DNA of 61,050 nt, the filler included, from Squatina squatina (lineage: Eukaryota): the NCBI GenBank assembly GCA_031763465.1. It is 4 parts of 4 records of this genome, joined end to end, with 100 filler letters (N's around TTAATTAATTAA, not from the genome) between each part and the next. Parts side by side here need not be neighbours in the genome. Positions count along the whole stretch, not along the records: positions 46,333 to 61,050 come from JARFOE010000233.1; 3 more parts are not named here. One strand, given 5' to 3'. Of the stretch, positions 50,886 to 61,050 are shown in pieces (the stretch's first letter is position 1; every line of letters starts with the position of its first letter). The notes beneath the pieces were generated by a model. That model had not been told where the DNA came from and made no database searches. It was given only the letters and a program-made list of their open reading frames with translations. Both the position numbers and the translations under genes were made by a program.

Positions 50886-53313
50886 TGTGTAACATAACTG
50901 TTATATAGCTGTTCAAAAAGACATGTTAAAGCAAAACTTTATATACTAGTGCAAAGACTTTGTAAGTCAGTGTTAAGACAGAAGTATGACTATTTAGCAT
51001 CCTAAGACTGAGAGGGTTTTATATTGCTGGTAACTTTGCATTAAATCTTCTTTCATAGCTTCAGTGACGCACAGGTTTGAATCAGACAGCTTTCCAAAAA
51101 ATTTTTCATACCTAATTTAAAAAAAAGAATCAATTAAATCAACAGACGACTTGTTTATCAATGTGGTTCCTAAATTACAACTAACATTTAATTTTTTTAG
51201 CATTTTATAGTATGAACCGATTACTTGAAGAACCATGGAATATGATTTACATTCCATTCTTTTCTCTGACTATATAGAACACATGACGTTGTTTCTCATG
51301 AATTATCTGGTCAATCTGGTTGCGAGGCATANNNNNNNNNNNNNNNNNNNNNNNNNNNNNNNNNNNNNNNNNNNNNNNNNNNNNNNNNNNNNNNNNNNNN
51401 NNNNNNNNNNNNNNNNNNNNNNNNNNNNNNNAATGTTGGTTTACATTTGTTTTCTTTATTTACATGTCAAGTAAAGTTTTATTTTGATAAGATTTTGGAT
51501 TGGGAAAGGGTGGGCTGCAATTATACCTTATTGTAAGATTCTTGGAAAAACTTTTTTTTTTCGTAACACAGTACCTTGCCAAAGAGAGAGAGCCTCTTTG
51601 CTGAAGTGGGTTTAAAAAAAAAGCATCTATTTTTATAAAAGAAATTTGGAGAAACTTTTTACAGGACCTGGAACAAATATTTTGACTTGGTTACTTTGAG
51701 AATCTCTTCATAAGACATCTAGTGAGCTTTTGAAAAATTAAAACCAGGAAATTTCCAGTGGCTGGCATTTATTGGAAAGACTTGTGATGTAGAGATTATC
51801 TTGAAGACCTTTGTATTACCAAGATGTAGAACCAGTGGGCACTGTGGGTTTCATTTGTATAATCAGTGGATCATCCTGGTTATTTGTGGCAAAACGGCTC
51901 ACATTTAATTGTGATTTCAAGAATTAAAAAGAGGCTTAACATTGAGACAGTGCATGCAAATATATCAATTATTGAAAATTGGGGGAAATGTGTTCTTCCT
52001 GAAAGTATTCCCTTCTGTTAAAGCTCAAGGTGTTTAGTGATGTACACTCTCCTGCTGTATTGTCTGTGCTGGAATTGGGTGGAAAAAAAAATGATTGGAT
52101 TTGCTTTGCAATACAGATTTCAAAGCAGTCGGAATAAATTTAGAAAATGCAAAAAGTATAATAGACTGCACCTGAGCATTGTGTAATGTAAATAAGTCCT
52201 TGTGTTATGGACCTTTTCTGCTTTTTGTTTTTGACTACATGCCAAGTGCTGTTAAAAGAACCTGAATGCTTTGTATGTTTTTTGTTTCTTGTAGACTGCA
52301 TTAACATTACTTGAAGTTTACTTGTTTTGTTGTCCTAATGACCAGAATTGCAGNNNNNNNNNNNNNNNNNNNNNNNNNNNNNNNNNNNNNNNNNNNNNNN
52401 NNNNNNNNNNNNNNNNNNNNNNNNNNNNNNNNNNNNNNNNNNNNNNNNNNNNNNNNNNNNNNNNNNNNNNNNNNNNNNNNNNNNNNNNNNNNNNNNNNNN
52501 NNNNNNNNNNNNNNNNNNNNNNNNNNNNNNNNNNNNNNNNNNNNNNNNNNNNNNNNNNNNNNNNNNNNNNNNNNNNNNNNNNNNNNNNNNNNNNAAATTT
52601 GAAAAACTCTATTTTCAGAGAAGCATCTAGCTTAACTTATTCTTCTAAGAACAAATTGGTTGTGGAATTGCAGTCCTCAACCAGGTGCACTGATAACTGT
52701 AGTTAAATGTCCTGCTTTGTGTAAACTGAAATGCTCATGTGCTCTTCCCCTTAGAACAAGCAATGTGCTATGCATAACATAGTTGTACATTTATCTTTGC
52801 TATTGCTTTTGAATACTGTAGTTATAAATTCTCAGCCTAGTTGAAGTACATATACTGTGAAGCACGTGAAAGTGTGCACCCATGTTTTCATGCTAACCCA
52901 CTCAATGCTGTCTATCTCGAACTAATCTTTTTAGGCCTTGCACAAAAAGGGTTGCAAAAGAGCCCATGTGCAGCTTTTAAAAACAGCCTTCTTTCAATTA
53001 ACTGTAAGGCCAGTAGTTAACATGAATGTTCTAGCCTATAGCCTATTTGTAGCCTGGTCAAATGCAGCAAAATTAGTGGGAAAGCATGTGAATTGGTCTT
53101 CACTTTACGATGTTTATCATAGCACTTAATAAAATGTAAGTCTGTATTTATTTGAAGTTGTAAAGTATTACTAAATTTACATTGGTTGAATAGAATGTAT
53201 GTTCTTTTGAGTATTTAAGAGGCTGTACATGTTTTTTTCCTTATATTGTGTTTGGATCATTTGTACTTTTTCATGTTCAGTACATCAATAAACAAAAGTT
53301 GAAGGGAAATAAA
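50886..53313 (+). other. ELAVL2: ELAVL2 long AU-rich 3'UTR with poly(A) signals
   Basis: U-rich sequence with no repeats recognised after the stop; AATAAA at 53128, 53287 and 53308. Confidence 0.7.
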
Positions 53314-56300
53314 GCTTGTTTTAAGGTTCAGTACACCAATCCATTGGGTTTTGAACCCAGCTTTTTATTTGCCTGACGTGTGGAATTGGGGAAAAGGAGA
53401 TTTAGAATTGAATATCTTGTAACTAGATAATGTCAGAACAGGGTTCCACTTATTTAATCTGGCATAAATACAAGGATGTGTCTTATTGATCACATTGCAA
53501 NNNNNNNNNNNNNNNNNNNNNNNNNNNNNNNNNNNNNNNNNNNNNNNNNNNNNNNNNNNNNNNNNNNNNNNNNNNNNNNNNNNNNNNNNNNNNNNNNNNN
53601 TATGTAAATAAATGCTGATATGCACATCCGATCTAGGTGCTGTGAACCTGTGGGAAACCAATGGGAAGGACGCACAAAGGGAGGGATTAGAAAGTGACCA
53701 AGAGGTGGAAATTGGGCAGCAAGAAGGTGGGTTGTGAGGAAGGTAAGGAGAGCAAGTGGTGGGCTTCATTGGAGCAAGTGAGTTTGATGTGGGGAAAAAG
53801 CTAGAGTATAAGGGATGAGTTGGTCAGACTGAGGAGTAGATGCAATTCAGGGGATCCCCTTGATTTTAGATTAAGTTCAGGAGCTTGTTATTAGTATTGC
53901 TAGAGAAAATGAAGGGTATTGAGAAATGGCTTGTGGTGAAGAGAAGCTTTAAAGCTATCACAGGGGAAATAAAGGTTTAAGGATCAATGTTGGGATATCA
54001 TAAATTAGAGTTATACTTAATGTGAAATATAGATTATGATGAATCAGTTTGATTATCTCGCTCTGACTAATGGAACACACATAATTTGAAATGGGGGCTA
54101 AGTACAATGGTTATAATAGTCCTCAATCAATGACTATTTCAGTTTACACGATACTACAGCACAGTGTAAATATAATCAATCATAAACAGTGACCAGTTTT
54201 GAAACATTTGCAGTAAGGATGTTAAATGAGCTATCTGTCTCTTACATGTGATTTGATATTCTGTGGTATGTGTACTAACAGCAAAAATTCAATTTGTATT
54301 TAATATTTTAAAAATATTTCCCGAGACACTGTGTTCAAACAAACCAGAGCTTTTCCCTGAACTCTGTTCTGCCTGTTTCATAAAGGCAGTGTGCACAGGG
54401 CATGCCATTATATTCATAACTGGATGCAACACTCCCTTGTTTGTCTGAAGACTGTTTTCCTCTACTGAACAAACTGTACACAAAGATAAGACTTTACCAA
54501 ATAACCAAGTCTAACTCTGCTGTGAACACTAATTGAATGACAATGGTATGNNNNNNNNNNNNNNNNNNNNNNNNNNNNNNNNNNNNNNNNNNNNNNNNNN
54601 NNNNNNNNNNNNNNNNNNNNNNNNNNNNNNNNNNNNNNNNNNNNNNNNNNTCCTTTCATTTCTTAAAAAAGTAGCTTTGTTATAAAAACTTTGTTGGTAT
54701 GTAACACAAAAGGAGCTACATAATTCATAAATTCACTCATATTTAATATACGCAATCGCAGGAAAGCAGCACTGAAACAGATATCTGCGCACAGCTCTGT
54801 CCCATTTATGTTTAATGTCATTGGTGTTCCCCGGTTAATTGTCAAAATTGAAAGGTAAATGTAGACTGACAGCAGCTTGTAAGACTGACTGAAATGTTGG
54901 CCTCTGATACTGTTGGGTTTCCAAACGTTAGAGAGCTTTGACAGTGGAAGAACTACACATCTGCAATGTAACAGTGCCTATGAATCATGTACTTTGGAAG
55001 CCTCTGTTCTGTTTTTTTGCAATTACTGTGTCAGGGACAGATATAAAAAAAATCATTGCAACTATGACATTTTTATTATTAACATCTTCAGGGCATTTGT
55101 CCTTCAATTGGCTTAGACTCTAATGTTTTCAACAAAACCCGGCTGTTGAAAAATTCATTAATACATTTGGCTGGCAAACAATTCTAAATGCATACTGAAT
55201 GTGTTATTCCCTTTGTGACTGGGAGCAATTAACCGTACCAATCACATCATAGTCACAGCTGGTAGGTATTATAAGCTTCAATGCAGAAAATAAAAGGGCT
55301 CATCTCCATATGTAAGATCAGTTTGCATTAGGTCATCAATCTAATTTGAAAATTAAGTCAGTTTTATATTTCTTTTACCAAACACCCACAACCTATTATT
55401 ACTGTGAGCATCTCTTTAGAAACTGATGCACAATTNNNNNNNNNNNNNNNNNNNNNNNNNNNNNNNNNNNNNNNNNNNNNNNNNNNNNNNNNNNNNNNNN
55501 NNNNNNNNNNNNNNNNNNNNNNNNNNNNNNNNNNNGCTGCAACTTTACTGCCAGCTGGTGTGCTCCTCCACAGACCGACAGCCGCTTTCTGCCTGCTTCC
55601 CACTTGTTCCAAGTTTGTGGGGTAAATTTTGGATTTCGCCTGGGAAATCTGGCAAAGCTCATTGCCCGCCTGTTGCATAATGTGATGGAAATGGGGCAGA
55701 TTCTACAATGGACAGGCAATCTGCTCCACCAGATTAACACCCAGGTGCTGAAGGTGAAAATGACTCCCATGGAGTCAAAGTAAATGTGAGTGATTGAGAT
55801 CCATCAAAATGCCTGAACTGGTTTAGCTTTTCCCATTTCTAAAAATTGTTGAATAAACATGGACACTTCCTCCCCAACAGACCATAAGACAAACTCTGAC
55901 CTCAGCAGGTAACATGGGTCTCACATTAGAAGTCCCCAGTATGGGCCTGGCAATTTCCTTTGACAATATTCCTGCTATCATTAAATAATTTGTCCTGCCT
56001 TACCTCGTTACTTTATTATCAAAGGTCACAATTCCACAGGTCGCCACTTGTTCTGAGCTTACTGAGCTTCACTGGATTTGAGTTTGACAGATTTGTGGTG
56101 GTTGCAAAGTGGAAAGCTGTGACTTCAGTTACAATGGTGCAATTATCCTCTGTGGACATTGGTTTACTGAATATAATTTTGCGGAAAATTATGTTTGTGG
56201 TATTCCCACACTAAGTCGTATAAGTCAAGTGATGAAAGTAGTGTTTAGATTGTGCAATATGTAGAAGCTGCTAGCATTCTAAATTTCAACTGTGGGGTAA

Positions 56301-57994
56301 ACATCAAGGTAACGATGGTAAGACTTAAGCAACTGCGTATATGCAAGCATGTGCATGTACATTTGGTCAAAAGCTGCAATGGTGTCTCTAAAGCAATTGC
56401 TCGTGTCCAATCTTGCAGTTGCTTCCAAGGTGTATTGAAGATTCTGACAACTGCCACTGAAGGAAGGTACAAACCGGTCAACAATGCAAGGAATGCATTG
56501 CTGGCCGGTATGACTGGCAGCAATGGTCTCTAATTCTGCTAATGCCTCCTGTTTGGTGTGGCAAAATATGCATTCACTCAATGCCACAACTGGCTCAATT
56601 TTGCATACAAGTGTTACTGTGCTTGGTGCCACAAAGTAATTACCGTGTATTTATTCCTCAAGCAGCCTTAATGCTTGCAGATGGGATAATCCTGGACATT
56701 GGCTACTGATTTTATTTTGACATCTGCTAGTCAATTGGAAGCCTGCCAAAAGTATTATTTTAAAATAAAAAAATTCCTTTTATTTATTTTCCAATTTCAA
56801 TTTTTTATAATATTTTGCAGAGATTTTTAAATACTTGTAAAAAAGAAAAGTCCTGTAGGTTTCAGGCATATCCCCGCACATGTCACAAAAATCTTCAGTA
56901 GATTTCCATTGCTGCAGTTACTATTACTCATGTTGTGGAGTTAAACAGTAGCACACAGAATTTATTTGGGAATGAATGAGGCAGTGAGAATGAACACGGC
57001 CCTTTTACATCTGGGACCTGCATTTGAATCCAGACAGACAGATGGCATAAAAGTTTCCTTTCTCTGCTGGCTGTTAATCATCTTAAATGAGTTTCAACCT
57101 GGTTCCCAGTGGACTTGAGTCCAGTATAGAGAACTGCCCTCTAATTTTAGAGAGTTGTCATGAGATTAGTAATTTTATTCAAAGAGGTTATTAGGATAAG
57201 CACTCTGGGAGGCATAAGTCACTCCTGTGCAGTAGGGATCTTCCTATGAGATTTGTGTTAAGGCCCTTTGTCAAGGTAATGAATGGGGACATTACATCAG
57301 GACCAGGATTGCTAAATATTGTGTTTGAATGCAAAATAGGATAATATACTACTCATAACCATGCCATTCTTCCCATAGAGTGGCGAGGCATCTATAAACA
57401 AAAATAGAGAATCTGATTTGCAGATAAAAACACTGAAAAAAATTTTTTTTTAAACTTGCATCAAGTACAGGTTGTATATTGTTCACTGAGATGGTATCCT
57501 GGGATGGAAGAAAGAGAAACATGGGGGGACATCTTTAACCTTACCTGGCTGACAGAAACCGAGCTGGTGGGGGCAGGTAAAATGCCCCGAGTTACTTATC
57601 CACCTTGGAGCTGCTAGGATCCCACCATCCGTGATTTCAACCTGATCTCCAGAGCAGGTGACAAAGACAGCCGCCCAAAGCCAGTAAGTCCTTCTTTACA
57701 TATGCATGGCAGGTCCCGATTATGTCATCGGGACATGACTGCAATTTTAACTGAGCCTAAGTAGGGGAGCTGCTATGCCTTTCCATCCAGAACAACCCAA
57801 GACCAAAGAGGATCAGCTGCAGAAGAGGCCAAAAAGGGTAAGTGTTATTCTTATCCCCTATTGCTATTTTGGTGNNNNNNNNNNNNNNNNNNNNNNNNNN
57901 NNNNNNNNNNNNNNNNNNNNNNNNNNNNNNNNNNNNNNNNNNNNNNNNNNNNNNNNNNNNNNNNNNNNNNNNNNGATCGTGTCACAGAATCATT

Positions 57995-58170
57995 TACGTC
58001 CGCCTAAGAGTGAAGACAGGGCCTTGGTTGAACATCTCATCTGAAAGATGATACCTCTGACACAGCAGCACTCCCTCAGTACTGCACTGGAGTGTCAACC
58101 TGGATTAAGTGCTGAAGCCTCTGGAGTGGGACTTGAACCGACAATCTTCCGAATCAAAGGCAACAGTGAT
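57995..58170 (-). mobile_element. Deu-domain SINE copy
   Basis: agacagggccttggttgaacatctcatc..gcactccctcagtactgcactggagtgtca..gagtgggacttgaacc. Confidence 0.8.
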
Positions 58171-59254
58171 ACTGAAACATAAAATCTGCCAACCCAGCTA
58201 CCTATTGATATGCACATTAAACTGTGGGGAAAGCAGGAGAGAGAACAACTCAGAAAATAAACATTTGTTTGCTGAACTACATATGACTTCTACCAGATTA
58301 ATTCACAGCTATCATATTGGTTAAGAATAATGTTTTGTTTGTAGCTCAGAGACTCTGCTAAATAGCAACTGGTAAAATACATTTTAACTGCTATGCTCAT
58401 ATTAAGATTAATCAAAGGGAAATGCATACTTCTATCTATTCCTAATTGCATTGATGGCTCTATAAAATATTCCATCACTGGTTTTCCAAACATACTAATC
58501 CTTTCAGAGATTCATGCGTACTTTAACTAATGTGGAGAAATAAAGTTGCATTTGTTCTGACTGTTCAGGGACATTTACAACAAAGCCATATTAGTTGACT
58601 GTGTTCTTTTACAAACAGAAACCATTAATACAGTATCAGAATGTCAAAGCGAGGAAATATCCTAGCAGTGTCGTGCTATCGTTCTTAGATAATAAAATGT
58701 CACTCCCAAAAATTGCTGCTTGTTAATGTGTCTCGACTACATTTCTGCAGTGACATTTGGGTAATTGTTTCACATTATACTTTCTGTTCTTTAGACTTGG
58801 CATCAACCATTTTATTCTTCATCTGGATTTTTTTTCTTTAATTACCATTTTTGCTTTTCCTATATATATTCAAATCTACGTTTTCAAACAGAAATGTCTC
58901 CCTTTGACAGATTTCTTCATGTTTCATTTACATAATGAGTCATGCCGCAGCAGAAGCTAAAGTGCTGGGGGCTCCTTCGCCCACTGCTGACCGTCAATGT
59001 TTGAAGATGTGAATAGCGTGTGTATTTTCTGAAGCTGTGGTACACTTATACTGGGTTTCAGAAGGTTGATTTTCAAACTGCAATAACAATTAAAAATACA
59101 TTTCTCTTGTTTGAATTCACACAGTTATTTCTTCCAGTTGGCATTTGCCTGACAATTACATTAATTTATTCCAGCAGTTGAATTTAATATCTGCCCCACT
59201 TCTAAATTAATTTGGCTTCACCGCAATTTTTGGCTGGATAGTTGATTTTGCATT

Positions 59255-59859
59255 TTTTGAAGCAGCGTATTTTGCCTTGTTTGAACGAGTGTATTTCCTC
59301 TTGTTTGAAGTTTGTACTTCCCTTGTTTGAAGTTTGTATTTTGCCTTGTTTGAAGTTTGTATTTTGCCTTGTTTGAAGGAGTGTATTTTGCGTTGGTTGG
59401 AGGAGTGTATTTTTAATTTTTGAAAGAATATATTTTGCCTTGTTTGAAGGAGTGCACTTAGCTTTGTTTGAAGGAGTGCATTTCCCCTTGTTTGAAGGAC
59501 TGTATTTAGCCGTGTTTGAAGGAGTGTATTTCGCCTTGGTTGAAGGAGAGTATTTCGCCTTTTTTGAAGGAGTGCATTTCCCCTTGTTTGAAGGAGTGTA
59601 TTTTGCCTTTTTTGAAGGAGTGCATTTCCCCTTGTTTGAAGGAGTGTATTTAGCCGTGTTTGAAGGAGTGTATTTCACCTTGTTTGAAGGAGAGTATTTC
59701 CCCTTGTTTGAAGGAGAGTACTTCCCCTTTTTTGAAGGAGTGTATTTCGCCTTTTTTGAAGGAGTGCATTTCCCCTTGTTTGAAGGAGTGTATTTAGCCG
59801 TGTTTGAAGGAGTGTATTTTGCCTTGTTTAAAGGAGTGTATTTCGCCTTGTTTGAAGGA
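59255..59859. repeat. 24-bp minisatellite (tttgaaggagtgtatttcgccttg)
   Basis: About 25 units running into a gap; produces spurious 8-aa repeat ORFs on both strands. Confidence 0.95.
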
Positions 59860-60899
59860 NNNNNNNNNNNNNNNNNNNNNNNNNNNNNNNNNNNNNNNNN
59901 NNNNNNNNNNNNNNNNNNNNNNNNNNNNNNNNNNNNNNNNNNNNNNNNNNNNNNNNNNNTGGCTGAAGATGGTTGCAGATGCTTCTTGTCTTTTACACTC
60001 ACGTGCTGGTCTCTGCCATCATTGAAGATGGGGTTATTGATGGAGCCTCCTCCTCCCGTTAGTTGTTTAATTGTCCACCACCATTCACAACTGATGTGGC
60101 AGAACTGTAGAGCTTTGATCTAATCCTTTGATTGTGGGATCGCTTAGCTCTGTTCATAGCATGCCCACTAGTTTATCAAAGGAACATAATAATTAAATAA
60201 AATACTACTTGCAACCTTATGTTTAGAGTTAATAGTAGTAATATGATTTTAGAGAGCATTGTTCATCCAGGCTGATAATTAGAACCTCAGCACTAGTGGT
60301 TAACATCATATCATGTATTTTCTATTATTTGTACTTTTTAACATTTTCCATCTCCCACATTTTTGACACTATTCGGTACCTTGTAATCATCTTTCATGCT
60401 TTTATTTGGCAAAGCTATTTAAAACTTTTGGATGTTCCACTGTTTTGCTTTCAGGTACTGCAAATTATTGATGGCTCAATGATAGATTATCCCAGATGTC
60501 TGCCGGATGCATGGTTGACTTGCTGACTAGGACTGAATCAATTATTGGACCTGGATTAATACCAAAATCATCATTTGGCCATGTAGTTTGACAATAATAA
60601 TGATCTCGCCCAGCCATTGATGATCATGTTGGGGCTCTAGAATGAACAAGTAGGATGAATTTATGTTGCTCGTCCCATCTGTTCATTGCTGTTCCATGAA
60701 AAAACTGAGTATGGTCTCTGCATTCTAAAACCGACAGCAGAGTTAATGCGACTATAAATTTAAAACAAAATGAACAGCTGAAAGATGAAGCAATCTGGCC
60801 CCGTTCCGAGAAGAATGTGGCCATTTCTCTGCCTGTGGGAATCTATATGTTGTCCACTGCTGCACTTGGCAAACCTCACACAATAATGGATGGTACATA

Positions 60900-60977
60900 A
60901 GAACCTAAGAACGAGGAGTAGGAGTAGGCCATTCGGCTCCTCGAGCCTGCTCCATCATTCAATAATATGGCTGATCT
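60900..60977 (-). mobile_element. CR1-type LINE 3' tail
   Basis: aggagtaggccattcggctcctcgagcctgctcc, the reverse complement of the 6683 element. Confidence 0.75.
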
Positions 60978-61050
60978 TACTTAGTCACTTTTAAAGTCAC
61001 TTTAATTCTCCACATCACTCCCACTCTGACCTTTCTGTCTTTGGCCTGTT

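Noticed and set aside
56245-56632. Three overlapping 92-117 aa ORFs
   Set aside because: No recognisable motif or splice context; probably chance or a decayed repeat.
59255-59859. CRISPR-like array
   Set aside because: Tandem units without unique spacers, vertebrate context and no cas genes.
59202-60123. 266-aa and 227-aa repeat proteins
   Set aside because: Translations of a 24-bp minisatellite with no splice or start context.

Overview
Eukaryotic (vertebrate) draft DNA, probably from a cartilaginous fish, inferred from shark-type CR1 LINE tails and Deu-domain SINEs. The window is not contiguous: three synthetic linkers (N44-TTAATTAATTAA-N44 at 13444, 32206 and 46277) join four separate gapped scaffolds. 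(1) 1-13399 carries 3' exons of COL25A1 on the minus strand, including two look-alike penultimate exons. (2) 13500-32161 carries an achaete-scute bHLH gene of the ascl1b/ASCL2 type with its CpG-rich promoter, a 3'UTR intron and candidate enhancers. (3) 32262-46232 has no recognisable host exon. It has frameshifted, stop-ridden remnants whose motifs match Orthoherpesviridae core genes (UL24, UL25, UL26 protease, UL31/UL32, UL36 deubiquitinase), interrupted by host SINEs, LINEs and Harbinger elements: a candidate ancient endogenous orthoherpesvirus-like element and the main finding. (4) 46333-61050 carries ELAVL2 (HuB) exons and 3'UTR, with the last exon fused mid-RRM3 to a CR1 fragment, plus a 24-bp minisatellite. 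All protein comparisons are by eye against sequences recalled from memory; no search was run.
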